Shown piece after piece: positions 47,110 through 55,247 of a stretch of 55,247 nucleotides of DNA. Positions within the stretch are counted from its first letter, which is position 1; every line of letters starts with the position of its first letter. Under the pieces are notes generated by a model. That model was not told the DNA's origin and ran no database searches. It was given only the letters and a program-made list of their open reading frames with translations. A program made the translations under genes and the position numbers. Source of the stretch: an uncultured Oscillospiraceae bacterium. Lineage in GTDB: Bacteria; Bacillota; Clostridia; Oscillospirales; Ruminococcaceae. The stretch covers positions 1 to 55,247 of the forward strand of contig UQQY01000001.1 in NCBI GenBank assembly GCA_900543295.1, given 5' to 3'.

Positions 47110-48465
47110 TTACTCTGCGTCCTTCTTCCTGCGCAGAAGCCGGTTGTAACCGGGTTTGTTGACCTGTCTTGCCCGCGCAATGCCCATAGCCTCATCCGGT
47201 ACATCCTCCGTAATTGTAGAACCGGCGGCAGTGTATCCTTCGTTTCCGATGTTCACCGGCGCAACCAGATTGGTGTTGCAGCCGATAAAGGCGTCATCGC
47301 CGATGGTACAGCGGTATTTGTGAACGCCGTCATAATTGGCGACCGCAACGCCGCAGCCGAAGTTGACGCGCGCTCCCACATCACTGTCGCCAATGTATGT
47401 CAAATGCGCAATGTGCGTGCTCTGGCCGATATCCGAATTTTTAAGCTCGACAAAATCGCCGATATGCACGCCGTCCCGGATTGTCGTGTTCGGACGGATA
47501 TGGCAAAAGGGGCCGATGGAGACCTTGCAGCCAACGCTGGAGCGGTAACATTGTACGGCGTTTAAGGTTGTATTATTGCCGACCGTGCTGTCCTCAATCA
47601 AGCTGTTTGGGCCGATGGTGCAATTCTCGCCGATTTTAGTATTTCCGCGCAGAATCGTTCCGGGCAGCAGCGTGGTTCCTGCTCCAATCTGAACGTTCTG
47701 TCCGACCATCAGGCCGTCCATACATGGGATCAGCACTCCCATATCCATCAGCTCGAACAACCTGCTTTTGCGTGCAGTTTCATTTAGCTCAGACAAGCGG
47801 CGCAGGGAGGTTGGGCGCAATGCGGGGTGCGGGTCTATAGAGCTGAAAACACCTGTCTTTTCAGCCTTTTGAAAAAGCTCGAGGATCATATTGGGAAACG
47901 CAGCCTCCTCCTGGCAGCCGCACTCCTCTGTTTGGGCGGCTGCGGACAAAAGTGTGCGAACGTCAAACCATCCGCCGCAGATTTCATCGGATATTGCCGG
48001 ACATGCCGCATTGCTGACTGTGCGGCGGGATTTTTCAGAATCAGCGGTCTGCGCGGTTATCAGAGTGGCTGTATTCTGCTCATCCTGATGCTGTAAAAGC
48101 GCATCTTTTAAAAGAGCGGCTTCAATGAAAGGGGTATCTCCATTTAAAAGGACGGCGTCCGCACTTTCGTGCCGATGTAAAAAGGCCTCTGCATGAAGCA
48201 AACTGGATAGAGCAAGCGGCTGATCCCAAAAAATGATTTCAATGTCATCTTCCAGCACATTGCGCAGCAGATCAGTCTGGCAGTCGGTCACTACGCAGAT
48301 TTTTTCTGCGCCGGCCCTCCGGCATGCGCCGGCGACGCGATGAAGAACCGGCTCAAAGAGAATTTCCTCAAGGACAGCCGGAGTAGCGGACGGCGCGCAC
48401 TTCACTGCTTCCATAGCAAAAATGACGGCAACTTGCTTTTTCAATACAGATCCCTCCGTAGTCAT
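47110..48465 (-). CDS. glmU: GlmU-like protein: intact hexapeptide acetyltransferase half, degenerate N-terminal uridyltransferase half
   Basis: IGPFCHIRP, GDFVELKN, HLTYIGD, NYDG, GCNTNLVAPV, AAGSTIT, ARARQVNK present; the LAAGxGTRM motif is replaced by FAMEAVKC. Confidence 0.8.
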   Translation of the reverse strand: MTTEGSVLKKQVAVIFAMEAVKCAPSATPAVLEEILFEPVLHRVAGACRRAGAEKICVVTDCQTDLLRNVLEDDIEIIFWDQPLALSSLLHAEAFLHRHESADAVLLNGDTPFIEAALLKDALLQHQDEQNTATLITAQTADSEKSRRTVSNAACPAISDEICGGWFDVRTLLSAAAQTEECGCQEEAAFPNMILELFQKAEKTGVFSSIDPHPALRPTSLRRLSELNETARKSRLFELMDMGVLIPCMDGLMVGQNVQIGAGTTLLPGTILRGNTKIGENCTIGPNSLIEDSTVGNNTTLNAVQCYRSSVGCKVSIGPFCHIRPNTTIRDGVHIGDFVELKNSDIGQSTHIAHLTYIGDSDVGARVNFGCGVAVANYDGVHKYRCTIGDDAFIGCNTNLVAPVNIGNEGYTAAGSTITEDVPDEAMGIARARQVNKPGYNRLLRRKKDAE

Positions 48466-48721
48466 GATAGTTATATTATGTCAAAATCGTTTTGCTTTTG
48501 CAACAATACTCTTCGAGAAACGAAATGATTTCACATTTTCTTTAAAAAATGCGCTTCCGCAAAGGATTTTTTTTAAAGCAGATATAGCATTTTTGATTTT
48601 TATCTGATATAATATACTTGGTGTTTGGCGAAAATGCGTCAAGCAGGAATACTGAAGCCGCAATATTTTGCAGAAATTCTGCGTGAAAGGCGGCCGATCA
48701 TAAAATTGGAGGAGATTCAAC

Positions 48722-51355
<2,634 letters not shown>

Positions 51356-51407
51356 TCTGCGATTGATTTGGGGCAAAACCCAATAGCAAAACGTCAATAG
51401 AAAAACT

Positions 51408-51442
51408 GACCTTGTGGAGTAACATCTGCAAGGTCTTTTTTT
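51408..51442 (+). terminator. Probable ppdK terminator
   Basis: GACCTTGTGGA-loop-TCTGCAAGGTC followed by a T run. Confidence 0.6.
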
Positions 51443-51492
51443 ACCCGCAAAACATAGAAAAAGCCTTGTAAATACCGCATTTTTGTCAATAA

Positions 51493-51690
51493 AACAGAAA
51501 TTTTATTGCCGCGGGCGGCGATTACGGCTGCCTGATGGATCGCTTTGCAGAAGACGAAAGCTATGCGGGCACAATCTTTACCATGTATGCGCTTGACAAA
51601 TCGGACGGCGTCTCTTTCCAGACGCTTTTTGAGGGAAGCATGGTGGATTTAAACCCGATGATCAGAGTAGAGGGAAAAGTGAATACCTGA
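51493..51690 (+). pseudogene. Possible 5'-truncated gene remnant or small ORF
   Basis: Open frame NRNFIAAGGDYGCLMDRFAEDESYAG...RVEGKVNT* with coding-like codon use and no evident RBS. Confidence 0.3.
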
Positions 51691-51759
51691 ATGACAGAAT
51701 AAGGCCCGCCGGTCGATCCAGACTGGCGGGCTACGGCTTTATTATATTGAAAAAAACAT

Positions 51760-52722
51760 CTACTCTGCGACGTTGTTTTTTGGCTTTCCCGCAAGAAATG
51801 CGCAGAAATTGTCTTTTACTATTTCGATCAGGCGTTCGCGCGATTCCCTGCATGCCCACGCGATGTGCGGCGTAATAACGCAATTCTTTGCTGAGAGCAG
51901 GGGACTTTCCGCTGGAATGGGCTCTTTTTCGGCAACATCTATACCTGCTCCCGCCAGATGACCGCTGTTGAGTCCGTCGGCCACAGCCTGCTCGTCAATT
52001 ACTGCGCCGCGCGCCGTATTGATGAGGATGGCGCCCTTCTTCATTTTGGAAACTGCCTCCGCATTGATTAAACGTGTGGTTTCCGGAAACAGCGGGCAGT
52101 GCAGCGAAACGATGTCGCTGTTTTTCAGCAGCTCGTCAAAAGAGACGAAGCACAGCGATTTGCTCTCATATTCCGGATATACGGTGCGGGACCAGACCAG
52201 CACGTTCATGTCGAAAGCCTGTGCAAGCGCAGCCGTCTTTTTTGCAATATGGCCGAAACCGACAAGTCCGATCGTTTTGCCGGAAAGCTCACGGATGCGC
52301 GGATCATAGAAGCAGAAATCTCTGCAATTTGTCCACTCGCCTGCATGTACGCGCGCATCATGCGAAGCGATGAGGCAGTAAAAATGCAGAATCAGGCCGA
52401 AGGTAAGCTGTGCAACGGCGCTGGTCGAATAGGAGGGCGCGTTGGATACCACGATGCCGCGTTCTTTGGCAGCCACAATATCCACGACGTTATAGCCGGT
52501 GGCGAACAGCCCAATGTAGCGGAGATTTAGGCACTGTTCCATGATACTGCGCGTGATAACGGTCTTGTTGACAAGGATTGCCTCCGCATCGCCGATTCGT
52601 GCGGCAAGTAGCTCCGGCGGCGTGCGCTCATAAACTTCCATCCTGTCGCAGTACGGCTTCAGGCAGTCGAGCGACAAATCTGTTGAAACCGCCGCATAGC
52701 TATCTAAAACGATCAGCTTCAT
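51760..52722 (-). CDS. D-2-hydroxyacid dehydrogenase (glycerate dehydrogenase/hydroxypyruvate reductase-like)
   Basis: GLVGFGHIA, SLHCPL, INTARG, EP, TPHIAW; ATG at 52722 with GGGAGG RBS, ATGA overlap with the upstream gene. Confidence 0.9.
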   Translation of the reverse strand: MKLIVLDSYAAVSTDLSLDCLKPYCDRMEVYERTPPELLAARIGDAEAILVNKTVITRSIMEQCLNLRYIGLFATGYNVVDIVAAKERGIVVSNAPSYSTSAVAQLTFGLILHFYCLIASHDARVHAGEWTNCRDFCFYDPRIRELSGKTIGLVGFGHIAKKTAALAQAFDMNVLVWSRTVYPEYESKSLCFVSFDELLKNSDIVSLHCPLFPETTRLINAEAVSKMKKGAILINTARGAVIDEQAVADGLNSGHLAGAGIDVAEKEPIPAESPLLSAKNCVITPHIAWACRESRERLIEIVKDNFCAFLAGKPKNNVAE

Positions 52723-53192
52723 CTGACGTTTTCCTCCCTTTCCAAATGAAAATCTGCGGCAATTTTTTGTACGCACGCTGTAAAATCGCCTGCTACAAGC
52801 GTCGCCGCCACGCCGAGCATCAGGTTTACCGGCAAGCCGAAATTCTCCACGCAATAGCCGCCCTTATCTGTCTCGCCAAGCTTTTCGCGCAGTGTGCGGC
52901 TTTCGGAGAGATAGCCGTATAGCCGCTTTCCCTTTGCATAAGCATACCCAAGCTCAAAGCAGGTGCCGCTGTCTGGCTCTTCCCCGCGGAAGGCATTCAA
53001 ATTGGCGCATACCACGTCGCACGCATCAATGAGCGCGAGGTTTCCGCGAAAAATATCGGGCGCATTGTCCGCTTCATTGTCAAAGGGATAGAGGGTGCCG
53101 ATGCCGTAGGACGCGCAGAGCTCCTTGCAGGATATACCGTATTCCACCGCATCTTTTCTAAACACATCAAACCCCGCAATATAAATACGCAT
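52719..53192 (-). CDS. Nucleoside 2-deoxyribosyltransferase-family protein
   Basis: IYIAG, DSGTCFELGYAYAKGK, NLML motifs. Confidence 0.85.
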   Translation of the reverse strand: MRIYIAGFDVFRKDAVEYGISCKELCASYGIGTLYPFDNEADNAPDIFRGNLALIDACDVVCANLNAFRGEEPDSGTCFELGYAYAKGKRLYGYLSESRTLREKLGETDKGGYCVENFGLPVNLMLGVAATLVAGDFTACVQKIAADFHLEREENVR

Positions 53193-53204
53193 CGTCCCAG
53201 CCTC

Positions 53205-53918
53205 TTATATCGCGTCCGGCAGCGCCTCGATCAAATCGAGCAGCTCGTCAAAGCCGCCGTGCCGATAGGCGGAGAGATCGATATTATCCTTGTTGATGAG
53301 ATGATTCGTGAGGAAAAAAATATCTGTTCCAATCTGCTTGGCTCCCATGTCCTCGGTCATATCGTTTCCGACCATTAAGCAGTCGGCCGGTGTTTTTCCA
53401 AGAGCTTGCACCACTTCTTTAAAATATCCGACTGACGGCTTGGCAAAATGATAGTCCTCATAGGTGGTGACAAGGGCAAAATCGTCGGGATCAAGTCCTG
53501 CCCAGCGCATCCGCTCGAGCGTGGCCTTTTTCGGGAACATCGGCGTGGTAGCGAGCGCCACGGTGTATCCCTTTTGCCGCAGGAGCTTGACACATCGGTT
53601 TGCACGCGGATCCGCTGTTACGGTATCACCGATGCGGCAGAACTCATTGTCGTAAAAGGAGTCGAACATCGCCCTATCGTTTAAGACGCGGTCGCCCATG
53701 ACCCGCGCAAAGGTATTCCAGAACCGCGTTTCGTTTGTCTCGCTCCCGTCGTTTTTCATCATTGCCTTGGTTCCGGTCCATACGCCTGCAACCAGTTCCT
53801 TTGGATTATAACCGTTTTCCGCGCTTTTCTTGCCGATTGCCCCAAAATAAGCCTGCATAAAATCCTCTAAATCCATTGGCAGCAGGGTGCCGTCCAAGTC
53901 AAATAAAACGGTATTCAA
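53205..53918 (-). CDS. HAD-family hydrolase
   Basis: FDLDGTL, KP, MVGND..ED motifs; TTG start at 53918 with AAGGAGG RBS. Confidence 0.88.
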   Translation of the reverse strand: MNTVLFDLDGTLLPMDLEDFMQAYFGAIGKKSAENGYNPKELVAGVWTGTKAMMKNDGSETNETRFWNTFARVMGDRVLNDRAMFDSFYDNEFCRIGDTVTADPRANRCVKLLRQKGYTVALATTPMFPKKATLERMRWAGLDPDDFALVTTYEDYHFAKPSVGYFKEVVQALGKTPADCLMVGNDMTEDMGAKQIGTDIFFLTNHLINKDNIDLSAYRHGGFDELLDLIEALPDAI

Positions 53919-53940
53919 AATAAATCCTCCTTTGTTTACA

Positions 53941-53975
53941 CAAAAGCGCGTCCTACCTGTATGGACGCGCTTTTG
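53941..53975 (-). terminator. Terminator after thrS
   Basis: CAAAAGCGCGTCC-loop-GGACGCGCTTTTG. Confidence 0.75.
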
Positions 53976-53989
53976 CCATAATTGCATGA

Positions 53990-55246
53990 TTATTTGATCG
54001 CTCTGGTGCGGACCTCTTCCGCAAGCTTTTCACAGAGCGCATCGAGCGCCAATGCGCCCAAGTCGCCGTCTTTTCTCGAACGAACGCCGACCGTCTTCGA
54101 TTCAACCTCTTTGTCGCCTACGATAAGCATATACGGCACCTTTTCGAGCTGCGCCTCGCGAATTTTAAAGCCGACCTTTTCACTGCGGCTGTCCATCTCG
54201 ACACGGAAACCCTGCTGCGTGAGGAAGTCGCCAACCTCCTTGGCGTATTCGTGGTGACGGTCGCTGATCGGCAGGATTTTTACCTGAACCGGTGCAAGCC
54301 ACAGCGGAAACGCGCCGGCGAAGTGTTCAATCAAAATGCCGATAAAGCGTTCAATGGAGCCGAATACCACGCGATGAATCATGATCGGGCGGTGCTTTTC
54401 GCCGTCGGCGCCCGTATATTCCGCCTCAAATCGCAGCGGAAGCTGGAAGTCGAGCTGAATCGTACCGCACTGCCACGTTCTTCCGAGGGAATCCTCGAGA
54501 TGAAAGTCGATTTTCGGACCGTAAAACGCGCCGTCGCCTTCGTTTACAACATAGTCCATATTGAGCTCGTTTAATGCCGCGATCAGACCGTTCGTCGCCA
54601 TTTCCCAGTCCTCGTCGCTGCCGATGCTGTTTTCCGGCTTGGTCGAAAGCTCCACGTGATATTTAAAGCCAAACAGGGTATAGACCTCGTCGATCAGACG
54701 GACGACGCCCTTGATCTCGTCCGTGATCTGCTCCGCGGTCATAAAGATGTGCGCGTCATCCTGCGTAAAGCAGCGCACACGCATCAGACCGTGCAGCGTA
54801 CCGGATTTTTCATGGCGATGAACAAGGCCGAGCTCGCCCATACGCAGCGGCAGATCACGGTAAGAGCGCGGCTCCGTCTTATAGACGAGCATGCCGCCCG
54901 GGCAGTTCATCGGCTTAATTGCAAAGTCGGTGTCATCAATTACCGTTGTATACATATTCTCTTTGTAGTGATCCCAGTGGCCGGAGGTTTCCCATAAGCC
55001 GCGGTTGAGCATCATTGGCGTCGAGATTTCGACATAGCCCTCGCGCGTATGGATCTGCCGCCAGAAATCGATCAGCGTATTTTTTAAAACCATGCCTTTT
55101 GGCAGGAAGAACGGGAAGCCAGGTCCCTCGTCCATCAGCGCGAAGAGCTTTAGCTCTTTGCCAAGCTTTCTGTGATCGCGCTTCTTGGCCTCTTCTATAC
55201 GGTTTAAGTAGTCCTCAAGCTCGGAAGCCTTCGGAAACGCCGTGCC
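53990..55246 (-). CDS. thrS: Threonyl-tRNA synthetase, 3' portion (start lies beyond the window)
   Basis: Frame is open to the edge (GTAF..AKKRDHRKLGKEL); KPMNCP, GLMRVRCFTQDDAH, FYGPKID, WQCGTIQLDF. Confidence 0.97.
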   Translation of the reverse strand, partial: GTAFPKASELEDYLNRIEEAKKRDHRKLGKELKLFALMDEGPGFPFFLPKGMVLKNTLIDFWRQIHTREGYVEISTPMMLNRGLWETSGHWDHYKENMYTTVIDDTDFAIKPMNCPGGMLVYKTEPRSYRDLPLRMGELGLVHRHEKSGTLHGLMRVRCFTQDDAHIFMTAEQITDEIKGVVRLIDEVYTLFGFKYHVELSTKPENSIGSDEDWEMATNGLIAALNELNMDYVVNEGDGAFYGPKIDFHLEDSLGRTWQCGTIQLDFQLPLRFEAEYTGADGEKHRPIMIHRVVFGSIERFIGILIEHFAGAFPLWLAPVQVKILPISDRHHEYAKEVGDFLTQQGFRVEMDSRSEKVGFKIREAQLEKVPYMLIVGDKEVESKTVGVRSRKDGDLGALALDALCEKLAEEVRTRAIK

Positions 55247-55247
55247 G

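Noticed and set aside
55136..55247. T-box leader for thrS
   Set aside because: The region is still thrS coding sequence; the real leader lies outside the window

Overview
A 55 kb, mostly core-genome segment of a Clostridia-class (Bacillota) bacterium. Gene content and style suggest an Oscillospirales/Ruminococcaceae-like gut anaerobe (inference). It carries rpoB-rpoC-rpsL-rpsG-fusA-tuf, rimM-trmD, mtaB-purL, rsmI, an OmpR-type two-component pair, two HPr-family genes, fucO, an M3 oligopeptidase divergent from an unusual opp operon, lepA, tRNA-Lys(TTT), an IreB/ReoM homologue, a glmU-like gene, ppdK, a HAD/nucleoside deoxyribosyltransferase/2-hydroxyacid dehydrogenase cluster and the 3' part of thrS. 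I saw no integrase, transposase, prophage or CRISPR-Cas. The most notable items are: (1) three tandem ~57-60 nt hairpin repeats with conserved G-A internal loops starting right at a predicted lepA promoter; (2) an XRE-HTH fused to an ADP-ribosylglycohydrolase with paired GCAACC..GGTTGC palindromes upstream; (3) an opp operon whose OppC carries an RCC1-like propeller insert, whose OppF carries a long coiled-coil insert, and whose oppA-oppB spacer is a multi-hairpin structure; (4) a GlmU with a degenerate uridyltransferase half; (5) two orphan 'secreted protein + downstream partner' cassettes, one with an apparently broken start codon; (6) structured leaders upstream of rpoB and rpsL. All calls come from reading the sequence and recalled motifs; no database searches were run.
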